This document shows positions 46,001 through 60,400 of a stretch of DNA of 64,000 bases, in pieces. Origin of the DNA: Auanema rhodensis (taxonomy: Eukaryota; Animalia; Nematoda). Below the pieces are notes generated by a model that saw only the letters and a list, made by a program, of their open reading frames with translations, was not told where the DNA came from and ran no database searches. A program made the translations under genes and the position numbers. The DNA lies in assembly GCA_964057225.1 (NCBI GenBank), contig OZ059899.1, positions 3,162,001-3,226,000 on the forward strand, written 5' to 3'. Within the stretch, counting starts at the first letter, position 1, and each line of letters starts with the position of its first letter.

Positions 46001-49000
46001 GTCAAAATGTTTTTGGAAGCAATGTTGAGTGTACATGGAAACTCAACATACAGTAATGCATCATTTTTCAAACGATCATAACTAATTTTTGTATTAAGCG
46101 TTTCTCAATGTAGTATAGTGCATTCGATGCGGATTTTTAAGCTGCGTCGATCTGTGTTATCAGATTTGCGCTAGCTTAAAAATGCACCGAGATATCAACT
46201 GATATAAGTTCACACTTATATCCTCGATTTTCACCCTGAAGAATTAATTTTTTCGTTGAATAACATTGTCCATCGTCTTTGCCTTGAAAAATGGAATCTA
46301 AAAACATCTACTTTTTGCTAAATTATTCTGAAATTTTTCGAAAAAATTTTTGTCAAAATGTTTTTGGAAGCAATGTTGAGTGTACATGGAAACTCAACAT
46401 ACACTAATGCATCATTTTTCAAACGATCATAACTAATTTTTGTATTAAGCGTTTCTCAATGTAGTATAGTGCATTCGATGCGGATTTTTAAGCTGCGTCG
46501 ATCTGTGTTATCAGATTTGCGCTAGCTTAGAAATGCACCGAGATATCAACTGATATAAGTTCACACTTATATCCTCGATTTTCACCCTGAAGAATTAATT
46601 TTTTCGTTGAATAACATTGTCCATCGTCTTTGCCTTGAAAAATGGAATCTTAAAACATCTACTTTTTGCTAAATTATTTTGAAATTTTTCGAAAAAATTT
46701 TTGTCAAAATGTTTTTGGAAGCAATGTTGAGTGTACATGGAAACTCAACATACACTAATGCATCATTTTTCAAACGATCATAACTAATTTTTGTATTAAG
46801 CGTTTCTCAATGTAGTATAGTGCATTCGATACGGATTTTTAAGCTGCGTCGATCTGTGTTATCAGATTTGCGCTAGCTTAAAAATGCACCGAGATATCAA
46901 CTGATATAAGTTCACACTTATATCCTCGATTTTCACTCTGAAGAAATAATTTTTTCGTTGAATAACATTGTCCATCGTCTTTGCCTTGAAAAAAGGAATC
47001 TAAAAACATCTACTTTTTGCTAAATTATTTTGAAATTTTTCGAAAAAATTTTTGTCAAAATGTTTTTGGAAGCAATGTTGAGTGTACATGGAAACTCAAC
47101 ATACACTAATGCATCATTTTTCAAACGATCATAACTAATTTTTGTATCAAGCGTTTTTCAATGTAGTATAGTGCATTCGATGCGGATTTTTAAGCTGCGT
47201 CGATCTGTGTTATCAGATTTGCGCTAGCTTAAAAATGCACCGAGATATCAACTGATATAAGTTCACACTTATATCCTCGATTTTCACCCTGAAGAATTAA
47301 TTTTTTCGTTGAATAACATTGTCTATCGTCTTTGCTTTGAGAAATGGAATCTAAAAACATCTACTTTTTGCTAAATTATTTTGAAATTTTTTGAAAAAAT
47401 TTTTGTCAAAATGTTTTTGGAAGCAATGTTGAGTGTACATGGAAACTCAACATACACTAATGCATCATTTTTCAAAAGATCATAACTAATTTTTGTATCA
47501 AGCGTTTTTCAATGTAGTATAGTGCATTCGATGCGGATTTTTAAGCTGCGTCGATCTGTGTTATCAGATTTGCGCTAGCTTAAAAATGCACCGAGATATC
47601 AACTGATATAAGTTCACACTTATATCCTCGATTTTCACCCTGAAGAATTAATTTTTTCGTTGAATAACATTGTCTATCGTCTTTGCCTTGAGAAATGGAA
47701 TCTAAAAACATCTACTTTTTGCTAAATTATTTTGAAATTTTTCGAAAAAATTTTTGTCAAAATGTTTTTGGAAGCAATGTTGAGTGTACATGGAAACTCA
47801 ACATACACTAATGCATCATTTTTCAAAAGATCATAACTAATTTTTGTATCAAGCGTTTTTCAATGTAGTATAGTGCATTCGATGCGGATTTTTAAGCTGC
47901 GTCGATCTGTGTTATCAGATTTGCGCTAGCTTAAAAATGCACCGAGATATCAACTGATATAAGTTCACACTTATATCCTCGATTTTCACCCTGAAGAATT
48001 AATTTTTTCGTTGAATAACATTGTCTATCGTCTTTGCCTTGAGAAATGGAATCTAAAAACATCTACTTTTTGCTAAATTATTTTGAAATTTTTCGAAAAA
48101 ATTTTTGTCAAAATGTTTTTGGAAGCAATGTTGAGTGTACATGGAAACTCAACATACACTAATGCATCATTTTTCAAAAGATCATAACTAATTTTTGTAT
48201 CAAGCGTTTTTCAATGTAGTATAGTGCATTCGATGCGGATTTTTACGCTGCGTCGATCTGTGTTATCAGATTTGCGCTAGCTTAAAAATGCACCGAGATA
48301 TCAACCGATATAAGTTCACACTTATATCCTCGATTTTCACCCTGAAGAATTAATTTTTTCGTTGAATAACATTGTCTATCGTCTTTGCCTTGAGAAATGG
48401 AATCTAAAAACATCTACTTTTTGCTAAATTATTTTGAAATTTTTCGAAAAAATTTTTGTCAAAATGTTTTTGGAAGCAATGTTGAGTGTACATGGAAACT
48501 CAACATACACTAATGCATCATTTTTCAAAAGATCATAACTAATTTTTGTATCAAGCGTTTTTCAATGTAGTATAGTGCATTCGATGCGGACTTTTACGCT
48601 GCGTCGATCTGTGTTATCAGATTTGCGCTAGCTTAAAAATGCACCGAGATATCAACCGATATAAGTTCACACTTATATCCTCGATTTTCACCCTGAAGAA
48701 TTAATTTTTTCGTTGAATAACATTGTCTATCGTCTTTGCCTTGAGAAATGGAATCTAAAAACATCTACTTTTTGCTAAATTATTTTGAAATTTTTCGAAA
48801 AAATTTTTGTCAAAATGTTTTTGGAAGCAATGTTGAGTGTACATGGAAACTCAACATACACTAATGCATCATTTTTCAAAAGATCATAACTAATTTTTGT
48901 ATCAAGCGTTTTTCAATGTAGTATAGTGCATTCGATGCGGATTTTTAAGCTGCGTCGATCTGTGTTATCAGATTTGCGCTAGCTTAAAAATGCACCGAGA

Positions 49001-52000
49001 TATCAACTGATATAAGTTCACACTTATATCCTCGATTTTCACCCTGAAGAATTAATTTTTTCGTTGAATAACATTGTCTATCGTCTTTGCCTTGAGAAAT
49101 GGAATCTAAAAACATCTACTTTTTGCTAAATTATTTTGAAATTTTTCGAAAAAATTTTTGTCAAAATGTTTTTGGAAGCAATGTTGAGTGTACATGGAAA
49201 CTCAACATACACTAATGCATCATTTTTCAAACGATCATAACTAATTTTTGTATTAAGCGTTTCTCAATGTAGTATAGTGCATTCGATGCGGATTTTTAAG
49301 CTGCGTCGATCTGTGTTATCAGATTTGCGCTAGCTTAAAAATGCACCGAGATATCAACCGATATAAGTTCACACTTATATCCTCGATTTTCACCCTGAAG
49401 AATTAATTTTTTCGTTGAATAACATTGTCTATCGTCTTTGCCTTGAGAAATGGAATCTAAAAACATCTACTTTTTGCTAAATTATTTTGAAATTTTTCGA
49501 AAAAATTTTTGTCAAAATGTTTTTGGAAGCAATGTTGAGTGTACATGGAAACTCAACATACACTAATGCATCATTTTTCAAAAGATCATAACTAATTTTT
49601 GTATCAAGCGTTTTTCAATGTAGTATAGTGCATTCGATGCGGATTTTTACGCTGCGTCGATCTGTGTTATCAGATTTGCGCTAGCTTAAAAATGCACCGA
49701 GATATCAACCGATATAAGTTCCCACTTATATCCTCGATTTTCACCCTGAAGAATTAATTTTTTCGTTGAATAACATTGTCTATCGTCTTTGCCTTGAGAA
49801 ATGGAATCTAAAAACATCTACTTTTTGCTAAATTATTTTGAAATTTTTCGAAAAAATTTTTGTCAAAATGTTTTTGGAAGCAATGTTGAGTGTACATGGA
49901 AACTCAACATACACTAATGCATCATTTTTCAAAAGATCATAACTAATTTTTGTATCAAGCGTTTTTCAATGTAGTATAGTGCATTCGATGCGGATTTTTA
50001 AGCTGCGTCGATCTGTGTTATCAGATTTGCGCTAGCTTAAAAATGCACCGAGATATCAACTGATATAAGTTCACACTTATATCCTCGATTTTCACCCTGA
50101 AGAATTAATTTTTTCGTTGAATAACATTGTCTATCGTCTTTGCCTTGAGAAATGGAATCTAAAAACATCTACTTTTTGCTAAATTATTTTGAAATTTTTC
50201 GAAAAAATTTTTGTCAAAATGTTTTTGGAAGCAATGTTGAGTGTACATGGAAACTCAACATACACTAATGCATCATTTTTCAAACGATCATAACTAATTT
50301 TTGTATTAAGCGTTTCTCAATGTAGTATAGTGCATTCGATGCGGATTTTTAAGCTGCGTCGATCTGTGTTATCAGATTTGCGCTAGCTTAAAAATGCACC
50401 GAGATATCAACTGATATAAGTTCACACTTATATCCTCGATTTTCACCCTGAAGAATTAATTTTTTCGTTGAATAACACTGTCCATCGTCTTTGCCTTGAA
50501 AAATGGAATCTAAAAACATCTACTTTTTGCTAAATTATTTTGAAATTTTTCGAAAAAATTTTTGTCAAAATGTTTTTGGAAGCAATGTTGAGTGTACATG
50601 GAAACTCAACATACACTAATGCATCATTTTTCAAACGATCATAACTAATTTTTGTATCAAGTGTTTCTCAATGTAGTATAGTGCATTCGATGCGGATTTT
50701 TAAGCTGCGTCGATCTGTGTTATCAGATTTGCGCTAGCTTAAAAATGCACCGAGATATCAACTGATATAAGTTCACACTTATATCCTCGATTTTCACCCT
50801 GAAGAATTAATTTTTTCGTTGAATAACATTGTCCATCGTCTTTGCCTTGAAAAATGGAATCTAAAAACATCTACTTTTTGCTAAATTATTTTGAAATTTT
50901 TCGAAAAAATTTTTGTCAAAATGTTTTTGGAAGCAATGTTGAGTGTACATGGAAACTCAACATACACTAATGCATCATTTTTCAAACGATCATAACTAAT
51001 TTTTGTATTAAGCGTTTCTCAATGTAGTATAGTGCATTCGATGCGGATTTTTAAGCTGCGTCGATCTGTGTTATCAGATTTGCGCTAGCTTAAAAATGCA
51101 CCGAGATATCAACCGATATAAGTTCACACTTATATCCTCGATTTTCACCCTGAAGAATTAATTTTTTCGTTGAATAACATTGTCTATCGTCTTTGCCTTG
51201 AGAAATGGAATCTAAAAACATCTACTTTTTGCTAAATTATTTTGAAATTTTTCGAAAAAATTTTTGTCAAAATGTTTTTGGAAGCAATGTTGAGTGTACA
51301 TGGAAACTCAACATACACTAATGCATCATTTTTCAAAAGATCATAACTAATTTTTGTATCAAGCGTTTTTCAATGTAGTATAGTGCATTCGATGCGGATT
51401 TTTACGCTGCGTCGATCTGTGTTATCAGATTTGCGCTAGCTTAAAAATGCACCGAGATATCAACCGATATAAGTTCACACTTATATCCTCGATTTTCACC
51501 CTGAAGAATTAATTTTTTCGTTGAATAACATTGTCTATCGTCTTTGCCTTGAGAAATGGAATCTAAAAACATCTACTTTTTGCTAAATTATTTTGAAATT
51601 TTTCGAAAAAATTTTTGTCAAAATGTTTTTGGAAGCAATGTTGAGTGTACATGGAAACTCAACATACACTAATGCATCATTTTTCAAAAGATCATAACTA
51701 ATTTTTGTATCAAGCGTTTTTCAATGTAGTATAGTGCATTCGATGCGGATTTTTAAGCTGCGTCGATCTGTGTTATCAGATTTGCGCTAGCTTAAAAATG
51801 CACCGAGATATCAACTGATATAAGTTCACACTTATATCCTCGATTTTCACCCTGAAGAATTAATTTTTTCGTTGAATAACATTGTCTATCGTCTTTGCCT
51901 TGAGAAATGGAATCTAAAAACATCTACTTTTTGCTAAATTATTTTGAAATTTTTCGAAAAAATTTTTGTCAAAATGTTTTTGGAAGCAATGTTGAGTGTA

Positions 52001-55000
52001 CATGGAAACTCAACATACACTAATGCATCATTTTTCAAAAGATCATAACTAATTTTTGTATCAAGCGTTTTTCAATGTAGTATAGTGCATTCGATGCGGA
52101 TTTTTAAGCTGCGTCGATCTGTGTTATCAGATTTGCGCTAGCTTAAAAATGCACCGAGATATCAACTGATATAAGTTCACACTTATATCCTCGATTTTCA
52201 CCCTGAAGAATTAATTTTTTCGTTGAATAACATTGTCTATCGTCTTTGCCTTGAGAAATGGAATCTAAAAACATCTACTTTTTGCTAAATTATTTTGAAA
52301 TTTTTCGAAAAAATTTTTGTCAAAATGTTTTTGGAAGCAATGTTGAGTGTACATGGAAACTCAACATACACTAATGCATCATTTTTCAAACGATCATAAC
52401 TAATTTTTGTATTAAGCGTTTCTCAATGTAGTATAGTGCATTCGATGCGGATTTTTAAGCTGCGTCGATCTGTGTTATCAGATTTGCGCTAGCTTAAAAA
52501 TGCACCGAGATATCAACTGATATAAGTTCACACTTATATCCTCGATTTTCACCCTGAAGAATTAATTTTTTCGTTGAATAACACTGTCCATCGTCTTTGC
52601 CTTGAAAAATGGAATCTAAAAACATCTACTTTTTGCTAAATTATTTTGAAATTTTTCGAAAAAATTTTTGTCAAAATGTTTTTGGAAGCAATGTTGAGTG
52701 TACATGGAAACTCAACATACACTAATGCATCATTTTTCAAACGATCATAACTAATTTTTGTATCAAGTGTTTCTCAATGTAGTATAGTGCATTCGATGCG
52801 GATTTTTAAGCTGCGTCGATCTGTGTTATCAGATTTGCGCTAGCTTAAAAATGCACCGAGATATCAACTGATATAAGTTCACACTTATATCCTCGATTTT
52901 CACCCTGAAGAAATAATTTTTTCGTTGAATAACATTGTCCATCGTCTTTGCCTTGAAAAAAGGAATCTAAAAACATCTACTTTTTGCTAAATTATTTTGA
53001 AATTTTTCGAAAAAATTTTTGTCAAAATGTTTTTGGAAGCAATGTTGAGTGTACATGGAAACTCAACATACACTAATGCATCATTTTTCAAACGATCATA
53101 ACTAATTTTTGTATCAAGTGTTTCTCAATGTAGTATAGTGCATTCGATGCGGATTTTTAAGCTGCGTCGATCTGTGTTATCAGATTTGCGCTAGCTTAAA
53201 AATGCACCGAGATATCAACTGATATAAGTTCACACTTATATCCTCGATTTTCACCCTGAAGAAATAATTTTTTCGTTGAATAACATTGTCCATCGTCTTT
53301 GCCTTGAAAAAAGGAATCTAAAAACATCTACTTTTTGCTAAATTATTTTGAAATTTTTCGAAAAAATTTTTGTCAAAATGTTTTTGGAAGCAATGTTGAG
53401 TGTACATGGAAACTCAACATACACTAATGCATCATTTTTCAAACGATCATAACTTATTTTTGTATTAAGCGTTTCTCAATGTAGTATAGTGCATTCGATG
53501 CGGATTTTTAAGCTGCGTCGATCTGTGTTATCAGATTTGCGCTAGCTTAAAAATGCACCGAGATATCAACTGATATAAGTTCACACTTATATCCTCGATT
53601 TTCACCCTGAAGAATTAATTTTTTCGTTGAATAACATTGTCCATCGTCTTTGCCTTGAAAAATGGAATCTAAAAACATCTACTTTTTGCTAAATTATTTT
53701 GAAATTTTTCGAAAAAATTTTTGTCAAAATGTTTTTGGAAGCAATGTTGAGTGTACATGGAAACTCAACATACACTAATGCATCATTTTTCAAACGATCA
53801 TAACTAATTTTTGTATTAAGCGTTTCTCAATGTAGTATAGTGCATTCGATGCGGATTTTTAAGCTGCGTCGATCTGTGTTATCAGATTTGCGCTAGCTTA
53901 AAAATGCACCGAGATATCAACTGATATAAGTTCACACATATATACCCGATTTTCACCCTGAAGAATTAATTTTTTCGTTGAATAACATTGTCCATCGTCT
54001 TTGCCTTGAGAAATGGAATCTAAAAACATCTACTTTTTGCTAAATTATTTTGAAATTTTTCGAAAAAATTTTTGTCAAAATGTTTTTGGAAGCAATGTTG
54101 AGTGTACATGGAAACTCAACATACACTAATGCATCATTTTTCAAAAGATCATAACTAATTTTTGTATCAAGCGTTTTTTAATGTAGTATAGTGCATTCGA
54201 TGCGGATTTTTAAGCTGCGTCGATCTGTGTTATCAGATTTGCGCTAGCTTAAAAATGCACCGAGATATCAACTGATATAAGTTCACACTTATATCCTCGA
54301 TTTTCACCCTGAAGAATTAATTTTTTCGTTGAATAACATTGTCTATCGTCTTTGCCTTGAGAAATGGAATCTAAAAACATCTACTTTTTGCTAAATTATT
54401 TTGAAATTTTTCGAAAAAATTTTTGTCAAAATGTTTTTGGAAGCAATGTTGAGTGTACATGGAAACTCAACATACACTAATGCATCATTTTTCAAAAGAT
54501 CATAACTAATTTTTGTATCAAGCGTTTTTCAATGTAGTATAGTGCATTCGATGCGGATTTTTACGCTGCGTCGATCTGTGTTATCAGATTTGCGCTAGCT
54601 TAAAAATGCACCGAGATATCAACCGATATAAGTTCACACTTATATCCTCGATTTTCACCCTGAAGAATTAATTTTTTCGTTGAATAACATTGTCCATCGT
54701 CTTTGCCTTGAAAAATGGAATCTAAAAACATCTACTTTTTGCTAAATTATTTTGAAATTTTTCGAAAAAATTTTTGTCAAAATGTTTTTGGAAGCAATGT
54801 TGAGTGTACATGGAAACTCAACATACACTAATGCATCATTTTTCAAACGATCATAACTAATTTTTGTATTAAGCGTTTCTCGATGTAGTATAGTGCATTC
54901 GATGCGGATTTTTAAGCTGCGTCGATCTGTGTTATCAGATTTGCGCTAGCTTAAAAATGCACCGAGATATCAACTGATATAAGTTCACACATATATACCC

Positions 55001-58000
55001 GATTTTCACCCTGAAGAATTAATTTTTTCGTTGAATAACATTGTCCATCGTCTTTGCCTTGAAAAAAGGAATCTAAAAACATCTACTTTTTGCTAAATTA
55101 TTTTGAAATTTTTCGAAAAAATTTTTGTCAAAATGTTTTTGGAAGCAATGTTGAGTGTACATGGAAACTCAACATACACTAATGCATCATTTTTCAAACG
55201 ATCATAACTAATTTTTGTATTAAGCGTTTCTCAATGTAGTATAGTGCATTCGATGCGGATTTTTAAGCTGCGTCGATCTGTGTTATCAGATTTGCGCTAG
55301 CTTAAAAATGCACCGAGATATCAACTGATATAAGTTCACACTTATATCCTCGATTTTCACCCTGAAGAATTAATTTTTTCGTTGAATAACATTGTCTATC
55401 GTCTTTGCCTTGAGAAATGGAATCTAAAAACATCTACTTTTTGCTAAATTATTTTGAAATTTTTCGAAAAAATTTTTGTCAAAATGTTTTTGGAAGCAAT
55501 GTTGAGTGTACATGGAAACTCAACATACACTAATGCATCATTTTTCAAAAGATCATAACTAATTTTTGTATCAAGCGTTTTTCAATGTAGTATAGTGCAT
55601 TCGATGCGGATTTTTAAGCTGCGTCGATCTGTGTTATCAGATTTGCGCTAGCTTAAAAATGCACCGAGATATCAACTGATATAAGTTCACACTTATATCC
55701 TCGATTTTCACCCTGAAGAATTAATTTTTTCGTTGAATAACATTGTCTATCGTCTTTGCCTTGAGAAATGGAATCTAAAAACATCTACTTTTTGCTAAAT
55801 TATTTTGAAATTTTTCGAAAAAATTTTTGTCAAAATGTTTTTGGAAGCAATGTTGAGTGTACATGGAAACTCAACATACACTAATGCATCATTTTTCAAA
55901 CGATCATAACTAATTTTTGTATTTAGCGTTTCTCAATGTAGTATAGTGCATTCGATGCGGATTTTTAAGCTGCGTCGATCTGTGTTATCAGATTTGCGCT
56001 AGCTTAAAAATGCACCGAGATATCAACTGATATAAGTTCACACATATATACCCGATTTTCACCCTGAAGAATTAATTTTTTCGTTGAATAACATTGTCCA
56101 TCGTCTTTGCCTTGAAAAAAGGAATCTAAAAACATCTACTTTTTGCTAAATTATTTTGAAATTTTTCGAAAAAATTTTTGTCAAAATGTTTTTGGAAGCA
56201 ATGTTGAGTGTACATGGAAACTCAACATACACTAATGCATCATTTTTCAAACGATCATAACTAATTTTTGTATTAAGCGTTTCTCAATGTAGTATAGTGC
56301 ATTCGATGCGGATTTTTAAGCTGCGTCGATCTGTGTTATCAGATTTGCGCTAGCTTAAAAATGCACCGAGATATCAACTGATATAAGTTCACACTTATAT
56401 CCTCGATTTTCACCCTGAAGAATTAATTTTTTCGTTGAATAACATTGTCTATCGTCTTTGCCTTGAGAAATGGAATCTAAAAACATCTACTTTTTGCTAA
56501 ATTATTTTGAAATTTTTCGAAAAAATTTTTGTCAAAATGTTTTTGGAAGCAATGTTGAGTGTACATGGAAACTCAACATACACTAATGCATCATTTTTCA
56601 AAAGATCATAACTAATTTTTGTATCAAGCGTTTTTCAATGTAGTATAGTGCATTCGATGCGGATTTTTAAGCTGCGTCGATCTGTGTTATCAGATTTGCG
56701 CTAGCTTAAAAATGCACCGAGATATCAACTGATATAAGTTCACACTTATATCCTCGATTTTCACCCTGAAGAATTAATTTTTTCGTTGAATAACATTGTC
56801 TATCGTCTTTGCCTTGAGAAATGGAATCTAAAAACATCTACTTTTTGCTAAATTATTTTGAAATTTTTCGAAAAAATTTTTGTCAAAATGTTTTTGGAAG
56901 CAATGTTGAGTGTACATGGAAACTCAACATACACTAATGCATCATTTTTCAAAAGATCATAACTAATTTTTGTATCAAGCGTTTTTCAATGTAGTATAGT
57001 GCATTCGATGCGGATTTTTACGCTGCGTCGATCTGTGTTATCAGATTTGCGCTAGCTTAAAAATGCACCGAGATATCAACCGATATAAGTTCACACTTAT
57101 ATCCTCGATTTTCACCCTGAAGAATTAATTTTTTCGTTGAATAACATTGTCCATCGTCTTTGCCTTGAAAAATGGAATCTAAAAACATCTACTTTTTGCT
57201 AAATTATTTTGAAATTTTTCGAAAAAATTTTTGTCAAAATGTTTTTGGAAGCAATGTTGAGTGTACATGGAAACTCAACATACACTAATGCATCATTTTT
57301 CAAACGATCATAACTAATTTTTGTATTAAGCGTTTCTCGATGTAGTATAGTGCATTCGATGCGGATTTTTAAGCTGCGTCGATCTGTGTTATCAGATTTG
57401 CGCTAGCTTAAAAATGCACCGAGATATCAACTGATATAAGTTCACACATATATACCCGATTTTCACCCTGAAGAATTAATTTTTTCGTTGAATAACATTG
57501 TCCATCGTCTTTGCCTTGAAAAAAGGAATCTAAAAACATCTACTTTTTGCTAAATTATTTTGAAATTTTTCGAAAAAATTTTTGTCAAAATGTTTTTGGA
57601 AGCAATGTTGAGTGTACATGGAAACTCAACATACACTAATGCATCATTTTTCAAACGATCATAACTAATTTTTGTATTAAGCGTTTCTCAATGTAGTATA
57701 GTGCATTCGATGCGGATTTTTAAGCTGCGTCGATCTGTGTTATCAGATTTGCGCTAGCTTAAAAATGCAACGAGATATCAACTGATATAAGTTCACACAT
57801 ATATACCCGATTTTCACCCTGAAGAATTAATTTTTTCGTTGAATAACATTGTCCATCGTCTTTGCCTTGAAAAAAGGAATCTAAAAACATCTACTTTTTG
57901 CTAAATTATTTTGAAATTTTTCGAAAAAATTTTTGTCAAAATGTTTTTGGAAGCAATGTTGAGTGTACATGGAAACTCAACATACACTAATGCATCATTT

Positions 58001-60400
58001 TTCAAACGATCATAACTAATTTTTGTATTAAGCGTTTCTCAATGTAGTATAGTGCATTCGATGCGGATTTTTAAGCTGCGTCGATCTGTGTTATCAGATT
58101 CGCGCTAGCTTAAAAATGCACCGAGATATCAACTGATATAAGTTCACACTTATATCCTCGATTTTCACCCTGAAGAAATAATTTTTTCGTTGAATAACAT
58201 TGTCCATCGTCTTTGCCTTGAAAAAAGGAATCTAAAAACATCTACTTTTTGCTAAATTATTTTGAAATTTTTCGAAAAAATTTTTGTCAAAATGTTTTTG
58301 GAAGCAATGTTGAGTGTACATGGAAACTCAACATACACTAATGCATCATTTTTCAAACGATCATAACTAATTTTTGTATTAAGCGTTTCTCAATGTAGTA
58401 TAGTGCATTCGATGCGGATTTTTAAGCTGCGTCGATCTGTGTTATCAGATTTGCGCTAGCTTAAAAATGCACCGAGATATCAACTGATATAAGTTCACAC
58501 TTATATCCTCGATTTTCACCCTGAAGAAATAATTTTTTCGTTGAATAACATTGTCCATCGTCTTTGCCTTGAAAAAAGGAATCTAAAAACATCTACTTTT
58601 TGCTAAATTATTTTGAAATTTTTCGAAAAAATTTTTGTCAAAATGTTTTTGGAAGCAATGTTGAGTGTACATGGAAACTCAACATACACTAATGCATCAT
58701 TTTTCAAACGATCATAACTAATTTTTGTATTAAGCGTTTCTCAATGTAGTATAGTGCATTCGATGCGGATTTTTAAGCTGCGTCGATCTGTGTTATCAGA
58801 TTTGCGCTAGCTTAAAAATGCACCGAGATATCAACTGATATAAGTTCACACTTATATCCTCGATTTTCACCCTGAAGAAATAATTTTTTCGTTGAATAAC
58901 ATTGTCCATCGTCTTTGCCTTGAAAAAAGGAATCTAAAAACATCTACTTTTTGCTAAATTATTTTGAAATTTTTCGAAAAAATTTTTGTCAAAATGTTTT
59001 TGGAAGCAATGTTGAGTGTACATGGAAACTCAACATACACTAATGCATCATTTTTCAAACGATCATAACTAATTTTTGTATTAAGCGTTTCTCAATGTAG
59101 TATAGTGCATTCGATGCGGATTTTTAAGCTGCGTCGATCTGTGTTATCAGATTTGCGCTAGCTTAAAAATACACCGAGATATCAACTGATATAAGTTCAC
59201 ACTTATATCCTCGATTTTCACCCTGAAGAAATAATTTTTTCGTTGAATAACATTGTCCATCGTCTTTGCCTTGAAAAAAGGAATCTAAAAACATCTACTT
59301 TTTGCTAAATTATTTTGAAATTTTTCGAAAAAATTTTTGTCAAAATGTTTTTGGAAGCAATGTTGAGTGTACATGGAAACTCAACATACACTAATGCATC
59401 ATTTTTCAAACGATCATAACTAATTTTTGTATTAAGCGTTTCTCAATGTAGTATAGTGCATTCGATGCGGATTTTTAAGCTGCGTCGATCTGTGTTATCA
59501 GATTTGCGCTAGCTTAAAAATGCACCGAGATATCAACTGATATAAGTTCACACTTATATCCTCGATTTTCACCCTGAAGAAATAATTTTTTCGTTGAATA
59601 ACATTGTCCATCGTCTTTGCCTTGAAAAAAGGAATCTAAAAACATCTACTTTTTGCTAAATTATTTTGAAATTTTTCGAAAAAATTTTTGTCAAAATGTT
59701 TTTGGAAGCAATGTTGAGTGTACATGGAAACTCAACATACACTAATGCATCATTTTTCAAACGATCATAACTAATTTTTGTATTAAGCGTTTCTCAATGT
59801 AGTATAGTGCATTCGATGCGGATTTTTAAGCTGCGTCGATCTGTGTTATCAGATTTGCGCTAGCTTAAAAATGCACCGAGATATCAACTGATATAAGTTC
59901 ACACTTATATCCTCGATTTTCACCCTGAAGAAATAATTTTTTCGTTGAATAACATTGTCCATCGTCTTTGAATTGAAAAATGAAATCTTAAAACATCTAC
60001 TTTTTGCTAAATTATTTTGAAATTTTTCGAAAAAATTTTTGTCAAAATGTTTTTGGAAGCAATGTTGAGTGTACATGGAAACTCAACATACACTAATGCA
60101 TCATTTTTCAAACGATCATAACTAATTTTTGTATCAAGTGTTTCTCAATGTAGTATAGTGCATTCGTTGCGGATTTTTAAGCTGCGTCGATCTGTGTTAT
60201 CAGATTTGCGCTAGCTTAAAAATGCACCGAGATATCAACTGATATAAGTTCACACTTATATCCTCGATTTTCACCCTGAAGAATTAATTTTTTCGTTGAA
60301 TAACATTGTCCATCGTCTTTGCCTTGAAAAATGGAATCTAAAAACATCTACTTTTTGCTAAATTATTTTGAAATTTTTCGAAAAAATTTTTGTCAAAATG

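Larger units (their letters stand above)
1..60400. repeat. Tandem satellite DNA array, 351-bp monomer, 172 full copies plus a 27-bp partial copy; probably continues beyond the left edge of the window
   Basis: Monomer start TTTTTCGAAAAAATTTTTGTCAAAATG recurs at 1, 352, 703 and so on; the last start is at 60374 (172x351+1, plus a net +1 from indels near 7126, 12240, 28390, 35760 and 42391). All copies are in the same orientation and differ by only a few recurrent substitutions. Confidence 0.99.

Noticed and set aside
59849-60076. 75-aa minus-strand ORF
   Set aside because: Lies wholly in the satellite and is open only because local variants remove stops present in typical monomers; no protein motifs.
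1-60400. CRISPR array, rDNA, 5S, tRNA or SL-RNA tandem cluster interpretation
   Set aside because: No unique spacers, and no recognisable rRNA, tRNA or spliced-leader sequence in the monomer.
60391-60400. TGTCAAAAT as a canonical inverted LTR terminus pairing with ATTCTTGACA at 60770-60779
   Set aside because: It is the standard satellite sequence at monomer positions 18-26 and is absent next to the other LTR copy.
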